DNA of 64,000 nt, from positions 14,143 to 78,142 of the IMG/VR virus record IMGVR_UViG_3300021138_000016; one strand, 5' to 3'. Position numbers and translations under genes: made by a program. This DNA is from a virus. Positions 48,835 to 57,749 of this stretch are shown piece by piece. Within the stretch, counting starts at the first letter, position 1, and every line of letters begins with the position of its first letter. The notes beneath the pieces were generated by a model. The model ran no database searches. It was not told the DNA's origin and was given only the letters and a program-made list of their open reading frames with translations.

Positions 48835-49452
48835 TTACTTTTTAGTTATAATTATTAGTTTTTCATCTGCCTCTATTGAAACAGACTTTATTAGGTTTTG
48901 GAATACTTTACTTTCCCCATCACTAAAGAACTTGTTTTGTATTTTACCTGTTTCCAAGTAGTTTTTAAACATCCATAGTGGGGTATCTTCAAATACATTT
49001 ACTCCTTCGCCCCAATAAAATTCATCCTTGCAGCAATGGGTATCCTCTATAAAGTAAACACCGCCACTATTTAAGTTATTTACAAATAAGTGTTTAAAGG
49101 TTATTATTTGGTGGGCAGAGTTATGTGACGCATCTTCTGAAATTAATTCAAATTTTTGATGTATCCTAGATAAAGCATCTATATCTGTTTGGCTACATTG
49201 ATAAGGGACAAAAAAGTGTTCCCTACACCATCTTTGGGTAGTGTGGTTGGGGTCTAAAAACAAATCAACACAATGAATATCAACCTTGCTTTGAAAGTAA
49301 TCATTAAACATAAGCAATGATGCCCCTTTTGCAATACCAACTTCTAAATATGCTAATGTATTTTTAGGGATATATTTTTCGTAAAAAGGTAAATACCCGT
49401 GTTCTACTTTATCTGTTTTGTATCTTCTTCCAAGTGTTTCTAAATATGACAT
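48835..49452 (-). CDS. Class I SAM-dependent (sugar) O-methyltransferase
   Basis: TDK..HGY..FYE, LEVGIAKGASL, EDASH, GGVYFIED (MycE-like pattern). Confidence 0.8.
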   Translation of the reverse strand: MSYLETLGRRYKTDKVEHGYLPFYEKYIPKNTLAYLEVGIAKGASLLMFNDYFQSKVDIHCVDLFLDPNHTTQRWCREHFFVPYQCSQTDIDALSRIHQKFELISEDASHNSAHQIITFKHLFVNNLNSGGVYFIEDTHCCKDEFYWGEGVNVFEDTPLWMFKNYLETGKIQNKFFSDGESKVFQNLIKSVSIEADEKLIIITKK

Positions 49453-49455
49453 TTA

Positions 49456-50253
49456 TTAGTATTTAATTTGATGAAAATAATCGGGTATTATTGTTTCAGT
49501 AGAAAGGTGCTTGTTATCTTCTCCAAACCAATTTTCTTTTGAAGGGGATATGCAAATTTTATTTTGTGAATCAGAAAGTATTGCAGCAATTAAACTAAAT
49601 GTGCTATTGCTAATTATAAAATTTGCACAACCAAGCATTAATAAAAAATCTTCACTATCGCTTTTACCTTCTGAAAATAATACGCTATCTGCATTTAAAA
49701 TAGGGTCAAATAATTTATTAAACCCTATTAAATTATTTTTACACCAATCTATATCATCAGAAAAAACAATAAACATAGGTCTTAATGGCATTATACCATT
49801 AATAAAATGAGCGGATTCACATATATATTCATAAGTTACACAAGGATGCTTTGAAGACAACTTAACATAATCTCCACGCCTAACGTGCAATGCGACTGTT
49901 CTTCTATTTTTAACAGAACAATCAAATAACATTATCTCTCTTATCTGTATCAAGTAATCTTTAAAATACAATTCGCTTTGCCTATACCCATCAATAACTA
50001 TGTTTATATTTCTCCATTCTTCTTTAAATGGGATTTCTTCGTAAGCGTGCGATTTTTCTGTAAGTATTATTGTTTGTACTGATGGATTCCATTCGGGGTT
50101 TTCTAAGTGTGTTATTGCAGGATTCCATACACTATCATTAAGGGTATGTGCAGGGATATGGTAATCTAATCCGTGTTTCAAAGCATAAGCAATAGCGCAA
50201 AATGCTTGAAAGTATTGGTTTCCCATCCGCCCGTATAACTTAACAGAAACCAT
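49456..50253 (-). CDS. Alpha-1,2-fucosyltransferase-like (GT11)
   Basis: GRMGNQYFQ, HVRRGDY, FSDDIDWCK, NSTFS. Confidence 0.88.
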   Translation of the reverse strand: MVSVKLYGRMGNQYFQAFCAIAYALKHGLDYHIPAHTLNDSVWNPAITHLENPEWNPSVQTIILTEKSHAYEEIPFKEEWRNINIVIDGYRQSELYFKDYLIQIREIMLFDCSVKNRRTVALHVRRGDYVKLSSKHPCVTYEYICESAHFINGIMPLRPMFIVFSDDIDWCKNNLIGFNKLFDPILNADSVLFSEGKSDSEDFLLMLGCANFIISNSTFSLIAAILSDSQNKICISPSKENWFGEDNKHLSTETIIPDYFHQIKY

Positions 50254-50257
50254 TTTT

Positions 50258-50402
50258 AAAAAAAAATTTATATCCTAACCGTGTGGGGTTTGCAAAGAAA
50301 GTTATGCCTTATAGAAGGAGTAAATTCTACCACCACACGGTTACGATGTATCTAAAAACTATTTTTAATTTTAACCATAACTTTCTTTGCGCTACAAATA
50401 TA
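50258..50402 (-). promoter_or_regulatory. Promoter plus structured leader (pseudoknot/attenuator) upstream of GT11
   Basis: -7 TATATTTG at 50402-50395. Interleaved inverted repeats 50292-50306/50376-50390 (15 bp) and 50276-50286/50333-50343 (11 bp), then a T run on the minus strand. Confidence 0.65.
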
Positions 50403-50412
50403 GTGAAACTTA

Positions 50413-51102
50413 TTAAAGTAGTTTAATCTTTTTTTCAAGTGACATTGCATCAGCCATATTCTTGTGTACATTCTTCATAAACCCCGATTCATCGTGTACT
50501 AAATGATTATACCACATATCTTCTACTACTGTAAACGTTCCTCCTTTTTTCAAGTGGTTATATAGGTGGTTGATAGTATCTGCTTCTAGTATTTCACTAT
50601 CGTACTCAAAAGCGTTTATGTATGTTTCTTTATGGCAAACGTAGTTGCAAGTATTTAAGCAAGCCCCGAAAAATGGTACTCCTATAAACTGTTTAACACT
50701 ATCACTATCAAATAGGATATTTTGAAATTGTCTATAATCAAATCTAGGCATAGCCCAACTTGGCATATAAATACATTTTGGTTCTAGTACTTCGGGGATA
50801 TGTTCGATATAGTGTTCTGTCAATTCATTATCACTATCCAAAAGGATAACCCAATCGTTATAAGAATATGCAACCGCATCACGCTTGTTTCTTTGCATCC
50901 CCCTATTCCTTACTTGTTGTACTAATCTTACTTTTGGTTCATCTTTAAAATACTCATTCAACTTCTCAAAAGAACCGTCTGTACTAGCATCATCCAAAAT
51001 AAGAATATCCCCTATTCTATCATTGTTTAATACCTTTTCAAAAGACTTTATCGTTAATTCATAACGATTGTAATTAGTAATTGCTAAACTTAATTGCTGC
51101 AT
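50413..51102 (-). CDS. Glycosyltransferase family 2
   Basis: AITNYNR, LDDASTDGS, LLDSDN. Confidence 0.88.
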   Translation of the reverse strand: MQQLSLAITNYNRYELTIKSFEKVLNNDRIGDILILDDASTDGSFEKLNEYFKDEPKVRLVQQVRNRGMQRNKRDAVAYSYNDWVILLDSDNELTEHYIEHIPEVLEPKCIYMPSWAMPRFDYRQFQNILFDSDSVKQFIGVPFFGACLNTCNYVCHKETYINAFEYDSEILEADTINHLYNHLKKGGTFTVVEDMWYNHLVHDESGFMKNVHKNMADAMSLEKKIKLL

Positions 51103-51287
51103 TGTGAAATATATTTTTTAGTTGAATGGTCGAATGTTATTTTATAATCCCTTATCAATCTTTCTACTACCCTTCGTGAACGAACCCCTAAATCTTTTGA
51201 AGCAGAAACAAAACACTTGTTTTTATTTAATGCTTTTAATGTGGCATTTCTTATATGGTAGTCAATGTTTAATGTTTGTTCTGTCAT
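51090..51287 (-). CDS. Fis-type HTH protein
   Basis: LKALNKNKCFVSASKDLGVRSRRVVERLIRDYKI. Confidence 0.6.
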   Translation of the reverse strand: MTEQTLNIDYHIRNATLKALNKNKCFVSASKDLGVRSRRVVERLIRDYKITFDHSTKKYISQCSN

Positions 51288-51295
51288 TGATTTAA

Positions 51296-51610
51296 TTATT
51301 TGAATGTTTCCAATGCTTCTTCTTTTGTTTCAAAATACTTACCTGCCGCACCTGTATTTTTATCAAAGTTGTAAAAGTTTCTACACGACTGTTTATCTAC
51401 ATATTCATCCGCTTTCATCAAATAATTAATCCTATTTAGTTGACTATTTAACTCATAAATAAGACAGGCGATATTAAAGTTGGGCGCAACTACCTCTGCA
51501 AGTAGTTTTGGTTCTTCAGAAGGGTCTTCACCTTGTCCCCAATGATAAAACCCAATCCATATTTCATATTTATGCAAAGGGTACTTTCTTTTGTTATTTT
51601 GTTCTATCAT
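51296..51610 (-). CDS. Hypothetical protein
   Basis: 104-aa ORF in a same-strand string of small genes. Confidence 0.6.
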   Translation of the reverse strand: MIEQNNKRKYPLHKYEIWIGFYHWGQGEDPSEEPKLLAEVVAPNFNIACLIYELNSQLNRINYLMKADEYVDKQSCRNFYNFDKNTGAAGKYFETKEEALETFK

Positions 51611-51633
51611 TTACTTAGTTTAAATTTAGTTGG

Positions 51634-51852
51634 TTAGTTAATGGGGTTTTGTTTGTAATATTCTTTATTCATATAGTAACACCTAAAAGACATATCTGTA
51701 TAATTACCTTTTGCTATTATTGATTTTTCATCGCTTTGTGTTGCATCTTTTATAGCCCATTTTCTGCCATTTTCATCCAATGGATAGCAATGATATTTTC
51801 TTTTGCCGTATTCTGGCATTTCTATTTCTTCATTTGTAACCTCTATTGCCAT
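51634..51852 (-). CDS. Hypothetical protein
   Basis: 72-aa ORF with A-rich upstream sequence. Confidence 0.6.
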   Translation of the reverse strand: MAIEVTNEEIEMPEYGKRKYHCYPLDENGRKWAIKDATQSDEKSIIAKGNYTDMSFRCYYMNKEYYKQNPIN

Positions 51853-51863
51853 TATTTATTAAA

Positions 51864-52226
51864 TTAGTGGTTATCTTTATTCCAGTGTTCTTTTAATTGC
51901 TCTCTAAAAGTTTCGTATGGGTCTTCGTATTGCTCCCCCTTTAAGTATAAATCATAAATACTTTCGTCTGTTGAACCCATCCAAGTAACTATCCCCCCTC
52001 CTAAAATAGTGTGCTTTATGTGCATATAATTACTTTCTCTACGTTTATAAACATCTCTAAATTTTGCAAAGTCAATACTTTTTTCTTTTAATAATGCTTC
52101 ATTAAATAAATCGAATTTAGGTAATAACTTATTTGTATTATTTATTTTATTAATAGATTCTTTCTGTTGTTCTTCTGTTGGCATATTGTTTATATTGTAT
52201 AATATCAATGTTTTTGGCGTAGCCAT
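51864..52226 (-). CDS. Hypothetical protein
   Basis: 120-aa ORF. Confidence 0.55.
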   Translation of the reverse strand: MATPKTLILYNINNMPTEEQQKESINKINNTNKLLPKFDLFNEALLKEKSIDFAKFRDVYKRRESNYMHIKHTILGGGIVTWMGSTDESIYDLYLKGEQYEDPYETFREQLKEHWNKDNH

Positions 52227-52238
52227 TATTTATTAAAT

Positions 52239-52445
52239 TTAGTTGTTATTATCTTTAAAATTATCAATAATTTCTGCTGCTGGGTCAAACTTTTCTAAAA
52301 CCAAAGTTACGTTTACCCATATACCACAAGGTAAGGCTACCTTAGCTAATATTTCAGATTCATATTCAACACCTTCTTTTTTTATTCTTTCTAAGAGATA
52401 CTCTAATTGTTCATCAAATATATCTGTGATATTATCGTGTGGCAT
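52239..52445 (-). CDS. Small acidic hypothetical protein
   Basis: 68-aa ORF. Confidence 0.55.
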   Translation of the reverse strand: MPHDNITDIFDEQLEYLLERIKKEGVEYESEILAKVALPCGIWVNVTLVLEKFDPAAEIIDNFKDNNN

Positions 52446-52470
52446 TATTTAATAAATTTAGTCTGTTAAA

Positions 52471-52713
52471 TTAACCTGCATTAAAAGATGCTAATTCTAC
52501 CCCTCTTGTTGCGCCTTCGATTGCAATGCCGATTAATTTGCAAGTTATATTTTCACTTAATTTAGCCCAACTTGACCGCATTGTATTTTCTACAAATGTG
52601 CTTCCATCGGGATGTATAGTTCTTGCATCTTGTTCGCTTTCTGCACATACTATCATATTGTCGTATGTATCGTAATCATTGTTGTCTGTTTGTTCTAATA
52701 AATAAAGATTCAT
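52471..52713 (-). CDS. Conserved phage hypothetical protein
   Basis: YDTYD..IVCAESEQDAR..HP motif, recalled from many phages. Confidence 0.65.
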   Translation of the reverse strand: MNLYLLEQTDNNDYDTYDNMIVCAESEQDARTIHPDGSTFVENTMRSSWAKLSENITCKLIGIAIEGATRGVELASFNAG

Positions 52714-52714
52714 T

Positions 52715-53290
52715 TTAATTAAATTTAAGCATTAAATAATTTAGTTTTTCTATGTACTCCCTTCTTAATTCAATTAGTTCGTTTAGGGTGAATTTATGTA
52801 CCAAGTGAGATTGTTCAATTAAGTAGGTTGTTATCCCTTTATGTAGGGATTCTAAAGCATCAGTGTATGGGGCTTTGTCGGTATTGTGTATTTCATTGCA
52901 ACGTGGGCAACTTTCATTGCAGTTATTAAAGTCAAACCTTAATCCTAAGTGCCTTCTATCTATATAGTGGGAATTGTGCATTTTTGTCCAATGATTACGA
53001 CCTTTCCCCTTACAAACTACACAATCAACAAACCCCGAAACATCACTATGCCTAATCCTTACTATCTTACTTGTTAGTACATCTAAATCGTTAATGACAT
53101 TTTGCATACTTTCCCCTTGTATTCCTAACACTTCACTTTCTCTTTTCTTTGAGAATTTAGAAATAGGTTTAGGGGGGTTTTCACGCATATAGCATTCCTT
53201 TAACATCCCCTTTGCCCATATCCTGCCTTCACGTTTACAACCGCATTTGCATTTTTTGTTCTTAGGTATTATTGTTGAATTAAAAGACAT
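52715..53290 (-). CDS. ninG: NinG/Rap-like HNH recombination endonuclease
   Basis: LD..SKIVRIR..CVVC..HYIDRR..LRFD..NC...CPRCN. Confidence 0.8.
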   Translation of the reverse strand: MSFNSTIIPKNKKCKCGCKREGRIWAKGMLKECYMRENPPKPISKFSKKRESEVLGIQGESMQNVINDLDVLTSKIVRIRHSDVSGFVDCVVCKGKGRNHWTKMHNSHYIDRRHLGLRFDFNNCNESCPRCNEIHNTDKAPYTDALESLHKGITTYLIEQSHLVHKFTLNELIELRREYIEKLNYLMLKFN

Positions 53291-53429
53291 TTATAAAAAT
53301 TTAAAAAATAAAACTTAGTTAGTAACCTATTATTTCAGACAGTAGGCTTCTCACCTCGCTTTTATCTGTCATTATCATTCTAACAATGCGGTTGCGACAT
53401 CGAAAATTATAAACCTATTTCACGGCGTT

Positions 53430-53732
53430 TTATTTTTTAGTGTTACTACTTCCTTTTTCTTGTACTGTAATAGAATCCCAAAACCCATCACTATCATCTA
53501 ATAATTCTAGTGGGAGATTGTTGTCTGCAATTACTTTAATTGCTTCTGTCCTTGCTTCGTTACCAACCCCCTTAGCAATCTTACCATAAACTAAACAATC
53601 ATCATATACCATTAGGTTTTTCTTTTTGTAGAATAATCTTCTAAAGGTATCTAGCGGGGTTTCTTCGCCCCCTGTTTCCGATAATCCCCCCTCGTAAACA
53701 TAAGGTTCTTTGTTATCATTTTTTTTACTCAT
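53430..53732 (-). CDS. Hypothetical protein (first gene of the leftward operon)
   Basis: 100-aa ORF downstream of a promoter. Confidence 0.6.
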   Translation of the reverse strand: MSKKNDNKEPYVYEGGLSETGGEETPLDTFRRLFYKKKNLMVYDDCLVYGKIAKGVGNEARTEAIKVIADNNLPLELLDDSDGFWDSITVQEKGSSNTKK

Positions 53733-53758
53733 AACTTTTTATTTTTTTTAGTACGGGA

Positions 53759-53844
53759 CAAAAGTAATAATTAATTCGGAATAGTAACCAAAAAATTTCT
53801 GAAAAAAAATAATTTCTTATGTAAATGTTTTTTTACTATGTTTG
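53759..53844. promoter_or_regulatory. Divergent Bacteroidota promoters
   Basis: Minus-strand -7 TACTTTTG (53766-53759) and plus-strand -7 TATGTTTG (53837-53844) at the strand switch. Confidence 0.65.
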
Positions 53845-53873
53845 CATTTTCAAATCAACAAATAATAAAAATT

Positions 53874-54065
53874 ATGGAAGAACAAAAGAAAGACCCTCGT
53901 GATTTAATAATCGCACACTTAAATGAAAAGGGGATTAAGAAAAAATGGTTAAAAGAAAAATTAGGATTGTCTGACACTCACTTCTCTTTAGTACTAACAA
54001 AAGACCGTGACCTTACAGATGAAAACTTAAAAAAGATAAACGAAATTTTAGGAACTAGCTTTTAA
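53874..54065 (+). CDS. Cro/XRE-like HTH regulator (start revised to ATG 53874)
   Basis: HLNEKGIKKKWLKEKLGLSDTHFSLVL...LTDENLKKI. Confidence 0.75.
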   Translation: MEEQKKDPRDLIIAHLNEKGIKKKWLKEKLGLSDTHFSLVLTKDRDLTDENLKKINEILGTSF

Positions 54066-54083
54066 TCCACACATAAAATTCAA

Positions 54084-54791
54084 ATGAAGGAAACTTTTAT
54101 TATACGAACAGAGTGGTTTGACGCTATTGAAGATTTATCGGAATTAGAACAATCTATAATCTTAAAGAATTTATTTTATTTTCATAGCGACAAAGAAAAC
54201 CTAATTAACCTAAATAACCTATCGGTTAAATTGGTTTGGAAATTAATTGAACCTAATTTAATAAGGAATATTAATGATTATGATAAAAGGAGGGAAACTT
54301 CTAAGGATAATGGTAAATTAGGTGGTAGACCACCTAAATCTAATGAAAATAAACCTAATAAACCTAATAAACCTAACGAAACCCTATCTGTAAGTGATAG
54401 TGTAAGTGATAGTGTAAGTGTCCCCGTTATTGAACCTGTAAAAGAAATATCATTTACCGATATTGAAAAAAAGGCAATTTATAGCCCAGAATCATTCCCA
54501 ACTTGGGGCGTAGAAGCAAGTAAATTTTTAAAAGATGAAATTTTTAAGAAAAATTTTTGCAAGGCTAAAAATTTAACTTATATTCAAGTTGAAAAATTTA
54601 TGATTGATTTTGTTGTAGAACAAAATTTGAAAGCACAATACAAGGATGTAGCAGGATTGAAAAGCCACTTTACAAATCATTATAAAAAACACTATGAAAA
54701 CAAAGAAATAGTTAATGGCACATTACCAAAAGGATTTGTAGACGTACCAAAAGATTTTGATTATAATAGTGAAAATGTAGGAAAATGGTAA
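54084..54791 (+). CDS. Replication initiator (lambda O-like; DUF6291-like N-terminus)
   Basis: FIIRTEWFDAIEDLS, NGKLGGRP, internal tandem repeats; upstream of DnaC-like and DnaB genes. Confidence 0.75.
   Translation: MKETFIIRTEWFDAIEDLSELEQSIILKNLFYFHSDKENLINLNNLSVKLVWKLIEPNLIRNINDYDKRRETSKDNGKLGGRPPKSNENKPNKPNKPNETLSVSDSVSDSVSVPVIEPVKEISFTDIEKKAIYSPESFPTWGVEASKFLKDEIFKKNFCKAKNLTYIQVEKFMIDFVVEQNLKAQYKDVAGLKSHFTNHYKKHYENKEIVNGTLPKGFVDVPKDFDYNSENVGKW
54197..54420 (+). repeat. Iteron-like repeats; putative replication origin inside the initiator gene
   Basis: AACCTA x3 at 54198-54221, AAACCTAAT x3 at about 54351-54377, TGTAAGTGATAG x2.6 at 54389-54420. Confidence 0.7.
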
Positions 54792-55381
54792 AAGAACAAT
54801 CAAACATAACCGTTTCAGAAGCAATTATTATTGTTGGGAAACAATTTTATGGAGACAAATTTTCTTTAGAGAATAAGCAGACTAAAGATTTTTACAAGAA
54901 GATTTTTACATCTATTTATAAAAATGAAAAGGGAATTTTTATAACAGGCTCTATTGGGGTTGGGAAAACTGCTTCTATGAGAATTATGCAACGTCTTTTA
55001 AAGGACACAGAAAGGCGTTTTAAATGGGTTTCTGGTTACGAGTTGAAGGATATGTCTGAAACTTATACTTCTGCTGAAATTAAGGAATATTATGGCAAAT
55101 CATTATTGTGCGATTTGTATATTGATGATATTGGGTTTTCTTTAGATGTAAAAAGGTATGGCAATACAGTAAATATAATTTCAGAAATTATTATGGAAAG
55201 ATATGACCTTTTTATTACTAGCGGATACCGAACACATTTATCATCAAATATTGTTGCTTATTTAAAAAATGATGATGGTAAAACACCCACAATAGAAAAA
55301 ATGTATGGGAATAGGGTTTTAGACAGGATAAAAGAAATGTGTGAATTAATAGTTTGGAACGGAGAAAGTTTAAGAAAATAA
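54785..55381 (+). CDS. DnaC/IstB-like helicase-loader ATPase
   Basis: Walker A GSIGVGKT, Walker B LYIDDIG, YGNRVLDRIKEM. Confidence 0.85.
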   Translation: MVKEQSNITVSEAIIIVGKQFYGDKFSLENKQTKDFYKKIFTSIYKNEKGIFITGSIGVGKTASMRIMQRLLKDTERRFKWVSGYELKDMSETYTSAEIKEYYGKSLLCDLYIDDIGFSLDVKRYGNTVNIISEIIMERYDLFITSGYRTHLSSNIVAYLKNDDGKTPTIEKMYGNRVLDRIKEMCELIVWNGESLRK

Positions 55382-55391
55382 CAAATTTGAT

Positions 55392-56834
55392 ATGGCAAAA
55401 GATATTAAGGGTTCTGATATTTCAAAAATGGTATTGGGTAATGTGTCTTTACCACACTCAAAAGAGTTGGAAGAACAAGTTTTAGGTTCTATGTTGGTTG
55501 ATAATTCTTGTGTTAATAAAGTACAATCAATACTTAAAGAAGAGGATTTTTATTTAGAAAAAAATAGAATTATTTATAATGCTATATGCGAAGTTTACAA
55601 GAATAACCCTGTTGATATAGTACTTGTTTGTGAATGTATCATAAAAAATAATTACATCAATGAAGTAGACGGTGTATATGGAGTTTCATTATTAACAAAT
55701 AATGTTACAAGTACTGCAAATATAGAAGCCTATTGTACATTGATAAAGCAAAAAAGCATACAAAGAAGGTTGATAGATTTCAGTAGTAGTATTTTAGCAA
55801 AATCTGCTGACGTAACCCAAGATGTTTTTGATTTACTATCTGATTCTGAAAATAAATTAAGAGGGATTAATTATGAATTATCTGAATTAAAAATAACCCC
55901 TTTATCAACAATAGCGATGAACGTTATAACGAAATTTGACCAAAGGGTTTATAACGCAAAAAATAACATAGAGGACTTAAATAGTATTTATACCAATTTT
56001 AAAGAGTGGGATGAAATTAATGGGGAGTTATTTAATGGTATTTACGTTATTGCTGGTAGACCTGCTATGGGTAAGGGTGTTCATTTAACAGAATGTATTT
56101 GTCGTATGTCTAAAAAAACTAGAATAGGTGTTATTAATGGGGAAATGACAGACGAGCAATTACTTAAACGTATTGGCTGTAACCTATTGGGTTTTGATAA
56201 CTTTTTATACAAAAAGAATCCAAAGTACATAACAGAAGAAGAACAACAATTAGTACACGATGCAATGCAAGAAGCTATTAATTTAGATTTTAGAATTTAT
56301 AATAACAGGTACATAAACAAAATTTCGACTAAAATAAAAAATTGGGTAGAAAACGATGGTGTTAAATGTGTTTTTGTTGACTTCTTGACCTTATTAAAAT
56401 TACCAAAAGAATTAGAGCGTGTTTATAATACAGCAACAGCTAGGGTTGACTATATTTTAGACGTATTAACTTCACTTTGTAAAGACTTAAAAGTCCCAAT
56501 AATACTTTATGTTCAAATGAATAGAGAAATTTTAGGGAAGGGTAGAAGTAATCACGAACCTAACCTTGCAGATTTAAAACAATCGGGTAGTATAGAAGAA
56601 TTGGCATACCAAGTTTCTTTTTTACATCGCCCCGAATATTATGATGAAAATTCAATAACTGACGAATTAGGGGAAAGCACAAAAGGGTTGATGTATCAAA
56701 TAATAGCAAAGCATAGAGATGGCATAAATGGCAGATTAAAGTTTAGGGCTGAATTAGGTAAAAGTAAATTAATAGAATGGTATGAACCATTTGAAGAACT
56801 TAAAGGTTTTCAAATAAACGGTAACATTTTTTAA
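55392..56834 (+). CDS. dnaB: Replicative DNA helicase
   Basis: PHSKELEEQVLGSML, AGRPAMGK, FVDFL, QMNR, DLKQSGSIE, IAKHRDG. Confidence 0.92.
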   Translation: MAKDIKGSDISKMVLGNVSLPHSKELEEQVLGSMLVDNSCVNKVQSILKEEDFYLEKNRIIYNAICEVYKNNPVDIVLVCECIIKNNYINEVDGVYGVSLLTNNVTSTANIEAYCTLIKQKSIQRRLIDFSSSILAKSADVTQDVFDLLSDSENKLRGINYELSELKITPLSTIAMNVITKFDQRVYNAKNNIEDLNSIYTNFKEWDEINGELFNGIYVIAGRPAMGKGVHLTECICRMSKKTRIGVINGEMTDEQLLKRIGCNLLGFDNFLYKKNPKYITEEEQQLVHDAMQEAINLDFRIYNNRYINKISTKIKNWVENDGVKCVFVDFLTLLKLPKELERVYNTATARVDYILDVLTSLCKDLKVPIILYVQMNREILGKGRSNHEPNLADLKQSGSIEELAYQVSFLHRPEYYDENSITDELGESTKGLMYQIIAKHRDGINGRLKFRAELGKSKLIEWYEPFEELKGFQINGNIF

Positions 56835-56852
56835 ACAATAAAAATAAACACA

Positions 56853-57161
56853 ATGCAAAAAAGTTTTTCAGACAACCGTAACAGAGAAGTAATAATTAAA
56901 ATAGAAGATGATTATATATCTTTTTATTATGCTGATTCATTTAGGCACATGGAACAATACCTAGAATTAATAGGCGAAGAAGCGGCAAACGAATTAAGTA
57001 AAGAAGAAAAAACTGTTTACGATTTTTATTATATCCCTAAAGAACAATGGATTAATGATAGAAACAAACCACTTGAAAGAGGTAATAATTGGCATCACCA
57101 CATGAAAGAAAAAAATTGGTTTACAGATGCTATGTATAATTTTTTAGAAACAATTAAGTAA
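56853..57161 (+). CDS. Hypothetical protein
   Basis: 102 aa; W..HM.EKNWF motif. Confidence 0.6.
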   Translation: MQKSFSDNRNREVIIKIEDDYISFYYADSFRHMEQYLELIGEEAANELSKEEKTVYDFYYIPKEQWINDRNKPLERGNNWHHHMKEKNWFTDAMYNFLETIK

Positions 57162-57192
57162 TTTTTTAATCAAACAATAAATACAAACAGTT

Positions 57193-57624
57193 ATGGTACT
57201 AGAAATGACAGTAGTGGGCAACATTGGGAATGATTGCACTATCTCAAACGTACAAGGTAAAAATTGCATTAATTTCAACGTAGCACACGGGGAAAGTTAT
57301 AAAGATGCAAATGGTGTTAAAGTAGAAAAATCAACTTGGATTAGTTGCGCCTATTGGGTTGAGAATACAGCCATATCCCCCTATCTAAAAAAAGGGACAT
57401 TGGTTTATGTAAAAGGTAAACCCGAAGCAACAGCCTATCAAGACAAGCAAGGTAAGTGGGTAGCACAGTTGAGATTAAGGGTTTTTGAAGTAAGGTTACT
57501 TTCTGCATCAAAAGAAATATCACAACCGCAACAATCTACACAAACCACAACACCACAAGGTAACGGAGCAAAAATAGATTATGGTAATAATAATGTAGAA
57601 CCAACTGATGATTTGCCATTCTAA
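57193..57624 (+). CDS. ssb: Single-stranded DNA-binding protein
   Basis: VGNIGND, YLKKGTLVYVKG, C-terminal DDLPF. Confidence 0.92.
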   Translation: MVLEMTVVGNIGNDCTISNVQGKNCINFNVAHGESYKDANGVKVEKSTWISCAYWVENTAISPYLKKGTLVYVKGKPEATAYQDKQGKWVAQLRLRVFEVRLLSASKEISQPQQSTQTTTPQGNGAKIDYGNNNVEPTDDLPF

Positions 57625-57637
57625 AATTTAACTAAAC

Positions 57638-57709
57638 GGCTCAAATTTTAATCTTAATGTATTTTGTGTACAATGTACCCAAAATTAAATTATCGTTGAA
57701 ATTTGAGCC
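57638..57709. other. Long intergenic hairpin after ssb
   Basis: Outer stem ggctcaaattttaa / ttgaaatttgagcc; inner stem attttg-gtac / gtac-caaaat. Confidence 0.55.
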
Positions 57710-57749
57710 ACTTAAAGCGTTTTTAATAACAACCTAAAAAATAAAAAAA

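Noticed and set aside
45120-51102. Host LPS/capsule locus marking a prophage boundary
   Set aside because: Flanked and interspersed by phage genes with coupled overlaps; no wzx, wzy or nucleotide-sugar genes
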